Of a stretch of 64,000 nucleotides of DNA, positions 34,594 to 47,279 are shown in pieces. How positions within the stretch are numbered: the stretch's first letter is position 1; every line of letters starts with the position of its first letter. The translations under genes were made by a program, and so were the position numbers. The stretch comes from Macrostomum lignano. Taxonomy: Eukaryota. The DNA lies in the NCBI GenBank assembly GCA_002269645.1, contig NIVC01003805.1:12133-76132 (forward strand). Reading direction: 5' to 3'. Under the pieces are notes generated by a model. That model was given only the letters and a program-made list of their open reading frames with translations, ran no database searches and was not told the DNA's origin.

Positions 34594-36170
34594 GGTCTCT
34601 TCCATTTTGATCATGCCGATTCCATTTGCTTTTTCTTTCTCGTCCTTGTTGTCCTCGTTTGTCTTCTTCCTCTCGATCATGCTGATACCAAGCTCCGGGT
34701 CCGTAAAGTCCATCTCCAAGTCGTCGATTGTGAAGACGTGCTGTTCATGTTGCTCATTTTCCGGTGTGTACGTGATGGCATTTGCGTATCGTTGCATTGC
34801 TTGTGTCGGCTGTTTTGGTGTGTACTTGGCGTTGCGTGGCCTGTAGCCATCATTTCCGAAGCGCATCGTGCCTTGTTGTTGCCGATTTTGATATTGCTGC
34901 CATGGCTTTTGAGGTTTCCGACTGTTGAATGGTGGCCTTGGCTTGTCATATCTGGTCGAACGATGAGGACAATTAATTTGATAATGGTCTTCTTGTCCGC
35001 AGTAGTATCATCTGGCTTGGGCGCGTTCATTTCTTATTTTCTGTTCGGCGATGGCGGCTATTTGATGTTTCATTAGCTTGTTTAGTTGTTGCGTCAACTT
35101 CTGCACTTCTGTGTTGCCTGTTGTCATTAATGGGGCACTGGCTTCTCATTGCATCCCGCACCGCAAAAGGTCTTCCTCGGTTTCGATGTTCTCGCCAAAA
35201 GTCTATCCCGAAGTGACGGCTGTGCATTGTTTATTACGTGCAGGATGAGGTTTTGTTCTCGATCCATCAATCGTTGTCGTTCTCTAGCGGCTAGTTCCGC
35301 TGCACCTAGGGGTGGTTGGTCCGCAGCTTGCAGCGTTGGCTGATGCAGTGCCTTAATTATTTGGCGGATATCATCCACAAAGGCGAGGAAGGATTCTGTT
35401 GCCTGCATCCTTCTGTTATGTAACTTGTGCAACAGCACTGATCTGTTTGTGCCACAGCGATTGAAGTGCGCGCGCAGTTGAATGAATAATGCTGGATAAT
35501 TTTGCTGTGTTTCCGCATCCAGGTTGCCATAAATTTCTCGTGCAGTACCTTGGAGAAGAGGTGGTAGCAGCTGTGCCAATTCTCTGGATTTTGCAGATTG
35601 TATTCCCTGCATACCAGGTCAAAATGGTCGACAAAGGTGTTAAAATCTTTCTCCATCGAGAAGGTACCCACTGTTTCTTTGATTTTCCTGTGCACCGTTG
35701 GGTTGCGCCGCGCCATGTTGTTGATGGGGTAGAAAGGTAGTTCGAGATCTGGATCGATTTGTAATGGATCGTCCAGTGTGGTGTTTGCCTCGGAATAAAC
35801 CTCGACTGTAACGAATTGTCTTGTGGTGTCGATTTGTTATTCGCTGGCCTCGAATGGAGTTGTGGCTTGCTGCCACTGGCTGTACTCAAATGAACTTGTT
35901 CTGTTTGCTGGTTGGCTCAGCACTTATGCGGCGTCCCGCAAAGTGTATCTTCCACTTGCGTCGAAGTGTACTTGTCTTCTTGTTTTTTACGGACTTTTTT
36001 CTTCTTTGATTCTCTTTCTTTCGTCAATTAACTTTGTTCTCGACGAAGTATCAATTAATTTCGGTTTTGCTTTAGTTTGCGTCGACGATTCTTTACTTTC
36101 GGTTTGTTTTCAGTGTACCGACGAAGTTAATTTTTGGTTTTGTTTTAGATTTACACTTGCTCGAGTTCGT
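34594..36170 (-). pseudogene. Gypsy gag (capsid) with 3' extension, frameshifted
   Basis: TFSMEKDFNTFVDHFDLVC; LPPLLQGTAREIYGNL..YPALFIQLRAHF; MQATESFLAFVDDIRQI (MHR-like). Confidence 0.82.
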
Positions 36171-36380
36171 TAAAACAAAAATTAATACGCGTGCTTAAAC
36201 TGTACTCAAAATTGACAGGTTCTCAAGCCTGTATACCAAAACTGTATTCGAGTTTCAAAACGTACAAAACTCGAAAAGTGTTAACTCTAACACGTGTGCG
36301 CAAAATTAATGAAGTCGCTCTCTCGTCACTTTTACAATAGCTTGATCAGGGCTATTGCTCAAAATTTGAGTAGTGCCGAA

Positions 36381-36395
36381 AGGGCGAGTTCACCA
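36381..36395 (-). other. Primer-binding site TGGTGAACTCGCCCT, 2 nt inside LTR 5
   Basis: TGG start complementary to tRNA CCA; TGGTGA-CTCG resembles tRNA-Trp-type PBS (inference). Confidence 0.7.
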
Positions 36396-36397
36396 AT

Positions 36398-37441
36398 TGA
36401 TGTGTTCCTTATTACAGTCCTCAACTGTAATCAAGGAACAATCACTTCTAGCTCTGTAGTTAGGCAACCCAGTAAGTCAACTGCAGGTACTCAATTACCT
36501 TAAATCCGGTTGAGCTGTTCCCTTCCTCGAGTAGTTCTCGCAATAGGTCTCTCAGTGGATCCGTAGGTCTCGCTTATCTTCCGGAAGACTCTGTTGCTCT
36601 GGTCCGATTTCTTCTTTGTGTCTCGCCGGCCGGTATCTGTCGTTCGGACCAATGGGAAGCTTCCAATTACAATGGGTACCCTGCGCCAACTCCGGTTCAA
36701 TATAAGCCTCCTTCTTCTAGCAGTGCCTCTATGCACTCTAGGTATAGCTCCGGTATTCTCTAGCAGATCTTCTAAGATCTACTAGGGTAGTCCTTCGGGC
36801 GACTACAGCCAATGGAGTCTCAAATGGACTCAAGGGTCTCAACAGAATCTAACACTATATCACAAGTGAGTCGACCCAACAACAACGGGCGCGAATAAGG
36901 AAGGCTTACCGCAAGTCACTCGACCGAGTCTCGAGTTGCTTCAGGAAGTCTGCTGCAGAGCTTCCTCTTCGGAGCTTTCTCTCTAGGAAAACTTGTTGAC
37001 TCCGGGTTCGCTCCGGACCACTTGTATTTATAGGCAAATGGATCCACATGAGATCACGTGAGTTAGACTTTTCAACTGTCAAAAAGGTCACGGATTGGTT
37101 GCTGTCAAACATGGCAGGTTAGAAAGTTACTCCATTGGTTTAGTGTAAAAACGCATGATTGGTTATCGCATTCGAGTTATTTATTTTTAGTTACATTTGA
37201 TTGGTTCACGTGAGTGCTGTTGAATGATGCATCTCTCCTGGGGTCTGAGTTTGACAAGTGCGGGTTACACGTGATTGGGTGATTTCTAAATTTAGCATGC
37301 TCGAAGTCTCTCTCTTCCTATTGGTTAGTCAGAATATACGTAGCTCAAAGCATACCTTTATACATGCTCTTCATTTTACTACTATGCAAGTAGTACGTTA
37401 GCCATTTTTTATGATTTTTGCAGGAGGTAGAACACTCTACA
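36398..37441 (-). mobile_element. LTR 5 (1044 bp), 5' LTR of the gag-bearing element, inserted in the SOCS-like paralog
   Basis: Complete TG..CA ends; followed on - by PBS and gag. Confidence 0.92.
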
Positions 37442-37660
37442 GGCGCGCTCAGACCTCCGGGTGGTGTCCATCGGGAGCAGGGCGTACCATGACAACAGTG
37501 CGTCTAGAACTCGTAGGTCGCCCTTGTCGAGTCGCGCCAATTCGTCGTCATCGTCATAGTCGAAAACAGGATCACCACAAGCCAAGTGGACAAATTGGGC
37601 AACGGCTTGGTAGTAGTCGTGGCGGAGATGGTAGAATGGGAATGGGAAATTAAAGATAGG
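37442..37660 (-). pseudogene. Paralog fragment of the SOCS-box-like gene
   Basis: PFYHL..LACGDPVFDYDDDDELARLDKGDLRVLDALLSWYALLPMDTTRRSERA versus PYYHL..LACGDTVFEWDDQEELARLNKGDLRVLDGLMSWYALLPANTIRRSERA. Confidence 0.8.
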
Positions 37661-38200
37661 GTTTCGGCTCTCTGTCGGATCTGCGTCCGAATACTCTAAG
37701 ATTAGACAATAAGCGGCAAGTCTGACTCAATGTTTTCCTGCGGTGTTATACCTTCTCTTTGGATGTTATATTTCAATCTAATTCACCGGTGATGTTCGCG
37801 CAAAATACAAAGATGTACGAGCTAAACTTCCTAAATACGAAGTATGAAGCAGTCAGAATAGAATGTATAGCAATACTTATCGGTACACTCGGATGATCTG
37901 GTGTACAAGGCTAATGCCTGTATTTGTTCGTCGGCCGAGTGCGGACTGTGGACTTAATTGATTTGGTTTCTATCGATATCTTTGGTTACTATGCTAGTGA
38001 GTCTGAAGTAGAGGAAAAGGATAGGGGGTCTGCGAGGTTGCGAGGTTTCGAAGGTCTAAGGACTGCTTCGTACTTTCGTGCATTAAAATACAGCGCGATG
38101 TTAGGCTGCTATTGGTAGCCTGCGTTTAGCGAATCAGCAGATGAAAGTGTATAGATGGAGTTTCGTACTAAACGCATACGGTAGAAATGGCTACATTTCA

Positions 38201-38839
38201 CTATCAGGGTAGTCCTTCTGGAGACTACAACCAATAAGTCTCAACAGACTGAGAGTCCCAACAGACTCAAACACCTGGCGCAAATGAGTAAGGCTTACAG
38301 CAAGAACTCGACCGAGTCTCGATTACTTGGTCGGAAGGAAGTCCTTTGGAGGCTTCCTCTCGGAGCTCTTCTTCCTTCTGGAAGGCAAAATCTTGAGCTC
38401 TGGTCCGCTCCGGACCACTTGTATTTATAGGCAATCGGACCCCACATGAGTCATTGAGTTCATTGTCAAATGTCAAAGGTTCACGGATTGGTTGCTGTCA
38501 AACATGACAGGTTAGAAAGTTACTCCATTGGTTTCGTGGGAGCATGCATGATTGGTTACCGCAGCTGAGTTATTTTTAGATATCTTTTAGATTGGTTCAT
38601 CCAAGTGCAGACTGAATGATGCATCGCAACTGGGGTTTGAGCTGACAATCGCGGGTCACACGTGATTGGGTGATTTCTAAAACTAGCATGCTTGAGATTT
38701 CTCTCTTCCTATTGATTTATTCAAATATATGTATGGTTCAGCGCATATCTTTATACATGCTGCTTAGTATACTACTGAATAAAATGTGTGAGTAGTACAT
38801 TAACAATTTTGTCACTCGTGGGTGGTAGAACACTCTACA
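38201..38839 (-). mobile_element. LTR 6, U5 half missing
   Basis: Aligns to family from CTATCAGGGTAGTCC; ends ACTCTACA at 38839. Confidence 0.85.
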
Positions 38840-39314
38840 GTGGCCCCTGTTGTTGAAGTGATGGGCGATGACGGACGTCCCTCTCGGGGTTCGCCATTAA
38901 GCTCGGGTGAGCCCCGTAATATAAGTTTCCTAGACTGTCGCAAACTAAGAACTTACATATGATTAAGAATGACTACCTCTCTCAGCCTTTTGCTGGTCAT
39001 CATCTTTACTAAGGCAAACACATTAAAGCATTATATTTTGAATAAATGATCCGTTGATCTGATAACTTTAAGTATACATTTATATAGTGGTTTTTAAACA
39101 TATTGACAAGCGTATATGAGTAAACTAAAGCAAGCATTTAACGCAAAGGATAAGACTGATGCAGTATCGTCTAACTACGAGTAAAAACCAATGCTAGTTT
39201 TATGCTACAAATAATCTGCTATTCTATTCAAGCTTATACATAGCTGGGCTAGTTAGGTCGAAAACCCTTAATCATAGCAATAAGTCGTGGTAGTGCTCAG
39301 TCTTACCTTTGAAC

Positions 39315-40200
39315 TGATGTGTTCCTTACTACCAAGACTCTCTCGTAGTAATCAGGGAACAATCACTTCTAGCTACTGCTAGGCTAATGAAGGTATTTAT
39401 TACCTTGACTCTCTGATCAGTTGGTCTCTTCCTAAGAGCTGATCTCGCACTTAGTCTTGTTCCTTGTCTTCCGGAAGATTTGATGTCTTAAATCTGTTGT
39501 CCAGGTCCTGGTTCCTCTTGTACTTCCAACGAAGTATTTCCGACCGGTATCTGTCGTTCGGACCAAAAGGAAGCTTCGAATTAGCAATAGGATTCCTGCG
39601 CCTTACTGCGGTTTCAATTAAGCCTTCTCCTTCTAGCAGTGTCTTAATACACGCTAAGGTATAGCTCCGGTAATCGCTGATAGACTTCTAATATCTATCT
39701 AGGTAGTCCTTCTGGAGACTGCAACCAATGGAATCTCAATAGACTCAACAACAACAACAATAATGAGTCGACTCAAACAACGGGCAAAAATAAGTAAGGC
39801 TTACCGCAAGAACTCAGCCGAATCTCGATTGACTTGGTCTGTAGGAAGTCCTTCTATATATGGCTTCCTCTTCGGAGCTTCTCCTTCCGGAGGTTCGGTT
39901 GTTGGCTCCGGGTCCGCTTCGGACCACTTGTATTTATAGGCAAACGGACCCCTCGTGAGGTCACTGGGTTCATTTTCGTAAATGTCAAAGGGTCACGCTT
40001 TGGTTGCTGTCAAGCATGACAGGGTAGAAAGTTAAGCCACTAGTCTAGTGTAAGCGGTCATGATTGATTATTTTAGCAGGGTTATTTTGGATTATCTTTG
40101 ATTGGTTCATCCGGGGGCAAGCCGAATGATGAATTGCAGATGGGGTCTAAACTTGACAATTGTAGGTCACACATGATTGGTCGGTTGCTAAAAATAACAT
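39315..40200 (-). mobile_element. LTR 7, distal U3 missing
   Basis: Starts TGATGTGTTCC at 39315; TATA on - at about 39926-39940. Confidence 0.85.
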
Positions 40201-40201
40201 T

Positions 40202-41095
40202 AGTCTTTCACCGGTGTTCCATACTCGACAATGTTTACTTCTTCAATCTCTAGGAGTTGTAGTTCCTCAGCTCCTTCGTTCCGTCCATAACCACGGTCCG
40301 AATCCTTCCCTCCGACTGCGCCTTGTAATTCAACTACATTCACCGCTGTTCCTCTACCTCTTCTGGTAGTCCCTTGTCCTCTATTCATCTGACCTCTGCT
40401 CAGAAATCGTCCTCGACCAGGATTACCTCGATAATGTCCGTGGTTATTACCTAGGTATCCTCCACCAGGGTTCCAATATTCTGCTGCATTTCTTTGATCT
40501 AGCTTTCCTCGTCTTCGGTTCCACTGATTTGAAGGACGGACTCCTCGAGGTTGCCATCTTCTAAATTGTGCTGGTTTTCACGCTGGTTCTGCCACTGGTT
40601 CCAGCCCCTTCCTCCGTTGCCTTCCATTTGCAGCGTCAACACCTTAAGTTTCTTATTGATGCTATCGTGCTGAATTTCTGTGTCCGTTCTAAGTGATTCT
40701 ATCGATTCAAAGTGATTTGCTCTACATAGTAGCTGCTGGGTAGTCTGGATATTTTCATCCAGTAGTTTGTTGCGGAGATAGATGCGCGAGTTACTAATTG
40801 CATACCTCACGACCAACTTTTCGGCCAGTCTTCGCATTAATTCGCGATTCCCGTCTGCGCCTGGTTGTATTCCTTCTGCGTTCACCATTTTCTGAACAAG
40901 TTGGCGGATATCGTTGTAAAAGTCCATGTATTTCTCGCCTTCCTTTTGCTTTCTAGCTGTTAACCACAGAACTGTTAACTGGGTCATTGTGACAACATCG
41001 TTAGGAGCGTAATTCGCATTTCTTCCTTCAGTGCTTCAGCCATTTGCGCATAAGTAGCTTTCCTTTCATTCGGGATAGCTCTATAGATCGTTCAA
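40202..41095 (-). pseudogene. Gypsy gag fragment
   Basis: IYRAIPNERKATYAQMAEALKEE; RKQKEGEKYMDFYNDIRQL (MHR-like). Confidence 0.75.
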
Positions 41096-41151
41096 GAAAG
41101 AAAGGAAAAATTCTTAGTTTATTTGCAGCCGTTACATTGAAAACCTCAGAC

Positions 41152-41213
41152 TGATGTGTTCCTTATTACCCGACTTTTGATAATCAAGGAACAATCACTT
41201 CTAGCTCTGTAGT
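41152..41213 (-). mobile_element. LTR 8, only the terminal U5 hairpin (about 62 bp)
   Basis: TGATGTGTTCCTTATTACCCGACTTTTGATAATCAAGGAACAATCACTTCTAGCT. Confidence 0.8.
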
Positions 41214-41852
41214 TTCAAACCTTATGTAGCCTACAAGTTCTCACTCCAACGACAAGCCCAAAGGACACCAGCCTGTATCAAGGGTAGTACGCCAAACGTA
41301 CACCTCAATCGATAGTGTAAAACAAAGAAATGCGAACATGAGCATAATCGTATTAATTCTCGATGTTCACGACGCACGAAATTTATTTGGACAAATCTCA
41401 AAACTTTCGCACAATTTAGCGAGAGTCAGGCGGCGAGAGAGTTAACACGTATCGATGGAGCGATCGTGTTCAAAAGTTAGAATTTCCCGCTGTCCCACTT
41501 GAGGTTTAGGCAGGCCAACGAAAAACACTTGTGCCATCCCAAGTGTCCAGATTGCTTCTCCTCGTGATAATTTTGTACAAGGCAAGTAGATATACATTAG
41601 GTACTTATGTATCTTATGCTTACTTATACTTATGCCATATTTCACTCGGTATTGATGGACACTTCTCCTGTATGGTCTCTTCTTTTGGCCCTTACGAGCC
41701 TCCGGGTACCAATGTGGTCCTTCTAATTTCGATTCTTCCGAAGGACCCGTACCGTTGGCTGGTGATGCTCCACAACAGTTCCCGTCCAGCCTCGGCCAGG
41801 TTACACGACCAGGTGCCCTAACCTAATTTCCATTCCTAATCCTATGAGCATT

Positions 41853-42248
41853 TTAGCTCAAATGAGCATCCAATGAATCATCCAAGACTTGCGTGCCAAT
41901 TTTTCTATATAGCGGCTTCCTGTGCTGCAATGCCATTCTTCTCGGGTCCGTTGGTTGGAAATCGGGCAAGATTATAGATTCCTTCGGGTTCTGCATCTTT
42001 TCCAATCTGTTGACGTGTACCCGGATTGGTTCCTTGTTCTTGTCATCCGATCGAATGGCCGCATTCGTTTCGTTGAATTTCCGAATCACTCTATACGGTC
42101 CCGAGAATCGTGGTTGATGTTTTGCAGTTCTTAGTGGTTTTGTATTCTTGACTCTGTCACCTACTTGTAGAGTCGTTTGCTGTCGCCCCTTGTTACGAGC
42201 TAGTTTGTTTGTGCGTTCGGTTTTGTGCTGAAGAGTTTGATCGGGTGG
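41853..42248 (-). pseudogene. Gypsy integrase C-terminal fragment
   Basis: LQVGDRV; PRFSGPYRVI; VHVNRLEK. Confidence 0.75.
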
Positions 42249-43189
42249 TGATCAGTCACCCGAAGACTCCCACTTCCAGACCCTAAGCCTGGGAACAAAA
42301 TTTAGTGATCACTTACTGTTGCGGGCTCCTCTTCTTTGTCGCGCGTGTCTGTAGAGCTGTTCCTCCCGGGGTAGTCTTCTTGAAGTCTAAAATCGGCCGA
42401 AGGTGACAGCGTAACAATTAAATCCGTTGACGTCGCAGTATTCCTCGAATGCAGAAATCAATATAGGCCTCAGATTCAAAAAGCAATATCAACGATGCGC
42501 CCTAATAACAAAGTCAACTTTCTATAACAATAACGAGGTCCTCCAAAAAGGGCGTCTTCTTCTAGAAATAACGGAATCGGAGTGGTTTGCTCCTATCGGT
42601 TACTCTAGGATAATCCAAATCAATAAATCAATAATCCTCTAAGGGTATCGGAATCGGTCCGCAGATCCTATCCAATCCCTTAGGAAAATGGGAGGCCTCA
42701 AATTCAATGAACTCAGTTAAATCAACTGATCAATAACGGCCGGCAATAAAATCGCTCTCGGTAATCCAAATAACAAAGGCTAGAACAAAGGCTCACCAAT
42801 TGGTTTACTTCTCCCTCAGATATGTAGCCTCGATTAGCTTCTGCAGTATGCTCAAGGTGTTTTGAGGCTGCTCCGAGTCTGAGATTTTTAGCTCGGATTT
42901 TGGCCTGTATTTATGGGAAAATCTTGCGAAAAACTGATTATTTTTAGTAGTTGACAGTTTTGCGTTTTGGAAATTTGACCCCTATAGAATACACTAGATT
43001 TGAGCATCAAATACTCGTACCATATTCAGAGTTCTAAATTTAAATGTTGCAAAAGATGATCATTTGTTGCTTTCGTGGTCTTAAAAATAGAGTGTGACAA
43101 TTTGGAATTTTTAGCTTTCAAGTTTTTCCGCATTTTTACGTTACTACTTATAGTAGTTTACTTTGCACTGTATTTTGGAAATCTCTACA
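42249..43189 (-). mobile_element. LTR 9, divergent relative of the same LTR superfamily, inside an integrase gene
   Basis: Ends CTCTACA at 43189 after TTACTACTTATAGTAG; TGTATTTATGGG TATA and GGCTCACC donor at similar spacing; flanks GTGG / GTGC (3/4). Confidence 0.55.
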
Positions 43190-43580
43190 GTGCTTCCCGT
43201 AGATTGTGTCTGGTGATTTCTCGAGTGTTAAATGTAATCGTTCCATAAAGTTGCTCCTCGGTGAGTATGTGAACACAGTATGTGTTTGACTGCCATCAGT
43301 GCGAAAGCTTCATCCAACAGTTTCGCTGTAAATTTCCGTCCGTTGTCTGTCGTCACTTCTCTAGGTATACCAAATATCCTGAATGTCTCGGACAATGTCG
43401 TAGCTGTTGTCTGTGCTGTCAAGTCTGGTACGGCTCGTGCCATTGCAAACTTTGTGAAACAACAGATCATCGTCATGATGTGTGTGTACATCTCTCCTCG
43501 AACTGACGTAGTTAAAATGGTTCCGTTTTTCGTCCATTTGGAATCGCCACCTCGTTTGACGTTTGCGTCTCCTGTGACTT
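43190..43580 (-). pseudogene. Gypsy integrase core fragment directly fused to gag (PR-RT-RH deleted)
   Basis: CCFTKFAMARAV; FGIPREVTTDNGRKF; NFMER. Confidence 0.8.
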
Positions 43581-44955
43581 AATCGTCGTGCCTGTTGGCT
43601 TGACCAGGTCCTGCATTACGGCTTCTTTTCGTTCGTCCAGTTCCAGAATCCGTAGTTTTTTGGTCTCCTCTAACGCGACATAGACTACTTTTTTGTTCAG
43701 TCTTTTACTTCGCTCTCGGCGTTCTTCCACAGTGGGTTCTGTCCACTGGGTTTTCTCGGTCGGTTCCGTTGTACTTACTTTCTCTTGTCTAGCGATTTCT
43801 GGTTTACTCGGCGTACCCTGGATGGGTTTTTGGATTTTTGGCTCTTCCGTCAAAACGGCTGTCCTTCAAAATCCGCTTGGTAAACGCTTTGTCTTGTTGC
43901 TCTTGTTGTTTGGGCGCTCGACAGTTGCGCACTGTGTCCCATCTTGTTGCAGTTGAAGCATATCTTGTCGCTGCGACAGGTTTTTGCGGTGTGACCAAAC
44001 TTCTTGCACTTGTCACATCGGACCTGTTGTCGGCCGTGGCTTTGTTGATAGCCAGTGGCTCCAGTTGTTGCTGTTCGTTCTTCAGCTTTCGGCAATCGGA
44101 TTCCTTGTGTTCTGTCGCACCACTGACATGTGATTCCAGCATTGTCTTCTTTCGCATTCAACGTTGTTAGCGTCTCTTCTAACTTTTGACGTTCAGTTCT
44201 CATTTTTCGACTACAGCGATGAGTTGACGCTTAATGTTTTCCTCTTCATCATACTCTTTCATAGATTGCCATAGTGCAAACTTCAGCAAATCCTCTGTTG
44301 CTCTTATTATCTTGGACATCAGGTGACGTCGCAGTCCCGGTAATGCATTCTGTTTGACCGTGGAGATCAGCGCATCTTGCAAAATCTGCTGGTTTCTGAC
44401 TATTCGTGCCCTTCTATATTCCGCTCCTTCTTCTCCTTCTGGTGCAGCCTCTTGGTACACCGCGTTCTCCACCAATCGTCGAATGTCAGTTATGAACTTA
44501 TTGACATCTTCATCGTGTGCCATCTTGCATGTCCAGAGTTGCGCTTGCGCAGCCTGGCCGTTGTCGGTTTTCGTGTCGTAGGTCGTCATTAAAGTTTGTG
44601 TTAGCTGTATTAGTCGTTAGTCGTTTAGTCGCTAAACAGTGTTAGTCGTTTCTGATGTTTTCCGGTTGTTCTACGTGTCGCAAGTTTTCAGTGCATCTGG
44701 TTGCAGGAACGCTGGTAGAATTCGAGCTTTCTCAGCGTCCGTCAATCCGAATGTTCTCATCATCAGATCGTGTACTCGGGGTTGACTGCTTTCTTTTAAA
44801 CGAGTAAATCCCACTACTGTCCCTAAGTCGTCCCAGAGTTTTGCTTGTTCGTTCTTAGAATTTACTTGATTTCCTAGAAATCTCTGGTGAATGCCCGAGC
44901 GGTATGACACTGTATTTCTAATTAAGTCCGGAATTATGGCGTTTCCTGAGACCAA
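43512..44955 (-). pseudogene. Gypsy gag with two CCHC zinc knuckles
   Basis: CKMAHDEDVNKFITDIRRL; CDKCKKFGHTAKTC; CFNCNKMGH. Confidence 0.85.
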
Positions 44956-45154
44956 GGGTGTCCAGCAGTAGGCGTCAATCTATTAATATCTTCACGATTT
45001 TTTTATTTCAAGCCTAAACATTTCCTATGCTTACAATACATGTATTTCACCTAATTTCCTAATCCCTAATCCTGTTTAGCCTTCACGGCTTGTAACCTTG
45101 AGTCTTCACGACTTCTGTCTTACCTATAAGAGTCTTCACGACTTCTTAATATCA

Positions 45155-46131
45155 ATATGTTGTGTGACTGAGCAGTGTGTGACTCAGTATGTTGTGTGAT
45201 TGAGCAGAATGTGGCTCAAGATGTTGTGTGATTGAGAAGTGTGCCTGTAGATTGTGTGTGATTGAGCAGTGTGTGCCTGTAAATTGTGTGTGATTGAGCA
45301 GTGTGACTAAAGATTTTGTGTGATTGAGCAATATGTTACTGGAAACTGTGATTGAGCAGTGTGTGACTGACAACTGTGATTAAGCAGTGTGTGACTGACA
45401 ACTGTGATTTAGCAGTGTGTGACTGACAACTGTAATTTAGCATTGTGTGACTGACAACTGTGATTTAGCAGTGTGTGACTGACGACTGTGACTGAGCAGT
45501 GTGTGACTGACGACTGTGATTTAGCAGTGTGTGACTGACGACTGTGACTGAGCAGTGTGTGACTGACAACTGTGATTGAGCAGTATGTGACTGACAACTG
45601 TGATTTAGCAGTGTGTGACTGACAACTGTGACTGAGCGGTGTGTGACTGACGACTGTGACTGAGCAGTGTGTGACTGACAACTGTGATTTAGCAGTGTGT
45701 GGCTGACAACTGTGATTGAGCAGTGTGTGACTGACAACTGTGACTGAGCAGTGTGTGACTGACAACTGTGATTTAGCAGTGTGTGACTGGCAACTGTGAC
45801 TGAGCAGTGTGTGACTGACAACTGTGATTTAGCAGTGTGTGACTGGCAACTGTGACTGAGCAGTGTGTGACTGACAACTGTGATTTAGCAGTGTGTGACT
45901 GGCAACTGTGACTGAGCAGTGTGTGACTGACAACTGTGATTTAGCAGTGTGTGACTGGCAACTGTGACTGAGCAGTGTGTGACTGACAACTGTGATTTAG
46001 CAGTGTGTGACTGACAACTGTGATTTAGCAGTGTGTGACTGACAACTGTGATTTAGCAGTGTGTGACTGACAACTGTGATTTAGCAGTGTGTGACTGACA
46101 ACTGTGATTTAGCAGTGTGTGACTGACAGCT
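45155..46131. repeat. 28-bp minisatellite (GACTGACAACTGTGATTTAGCAGTGTGT), about 28 regular copies plus degenerate left edge
   Basis: Directly visible. Confidence 0.95.
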
Positions 46132-46689
46132 AATGTGAGAATGTCACTCTGCAGTTTGAATCAGCAATAAATGAAAAAAAATTTAACCATTACTACAGAA
46201 GGCTGTGAAATGCCATTGAGGATTTTGTTGAACTCATTTCAATCAATAAATATAACTGGACTCCTAAAAACGCCTCACGCCACAGCCAGTTCCAAGGACA
46301 AACAAGGTTATCTAGTGTATTTACTGTGGGTGAGTACAGTAGCGATCTCATATTCATATATGATACACTGAACAATAGCGGAGCAAACTGAAGAAGTCTC
46401 AAAAATTCAATACGGGATCAGCGAGTTCCCGGCAGATAAGACAAGGGAATCGTTTAGCGGGAACCGTGAGCCTAAACTGCTGTGAAATTGCTCGATTTAA
46501 ACAAACAACAGCTAAGCAACAAGCGAGAGTGCTGGACCCGGAGACTGCAGGCTGAAGATGCTTGGAGAGGAGAAAGATAAGAAGAGGTGAAACTCGTTTA
46601 AATTGCTCAGACCTCTTCGAGACAGAGGCACATCCTTATTAATCATTTGTTCAGAGATAATTATTGGCAAAGATATTTTGATTTTGGCA

Positions 46690-47095
46690 CTCACCCCCAC
46701 CAAGCCAACCCCCACCAAGCCAACCCCAGCAGCCAACCTCCACCAAGCCAACCCCAGGACCCACCCCCACCAAGCCAACCCCCACCAAGCCAACCCCAGC
46801 ACCCACCCCCACCAAGCCAACCCCAGCAGCCAACCTCCACCAAGCCAACCCCAGCACTCACCCCCACCAAGCCAACCCCAGCACTCACCCCCACCAAGCC
46901 AACCCCAGCACTCACCCCCACCAAGCCAACCCCCAGCAGGCCAATCACAGAAGCCAACCCCCACCAAGCCAACCCCAGCACTTACCCCACCAAGCCAACC
47001 CCCACCAAGCCAACCCCAGCACCCACCCCCACCAAGCCAACCCCAGCATCCACACCCACCAAGCCAACCCCAGCACTCACCCCCACCAAGCCTAA
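46690..47095. repeat. C-rich imperfect repeat built on CCCCACCAAGCCAA
   Basis: Directly visible; unit lengths vary (about 14-27 bp). Confidence 0.9.
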
Positions 47096-47279
47096 TATAA
47101 ACGACTATAACGGTTAGTAGGCGCTGCACTCATTTATACGATTGTGGACTCTCCTGCACTCCTAGGGAGTTAAATAGTCGATGGCTCGAGCCCCTGGTCA
47201 TAGGAGGCTTAGACAGAAAAGATAGGGAGAGGGGAGATTGAGAGAGAATCAGCAGCGCAGTGGAGGGTCAGTTTGGCGG

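Noticed and set aside
41151-41213. CTGATG start suggesting a hammerhead ribozyme, or a known miRNA
   Set aside because: The C is flanking sequence (the LTR starts at TG), no CUGAUGA/GAAA core geometry, and no miRNA seed family that I can match.
44990-45080. CCTAA-type telomere-like motifs (also near 41818-41845)
   Set aside because: Only two or three degenerate units; insufficient for an interstitial telomere call.
46270-46610. Possible + strand micro-exons flanked by AG/GT
   Set aside because: No consistent reading frame or recognisable product.
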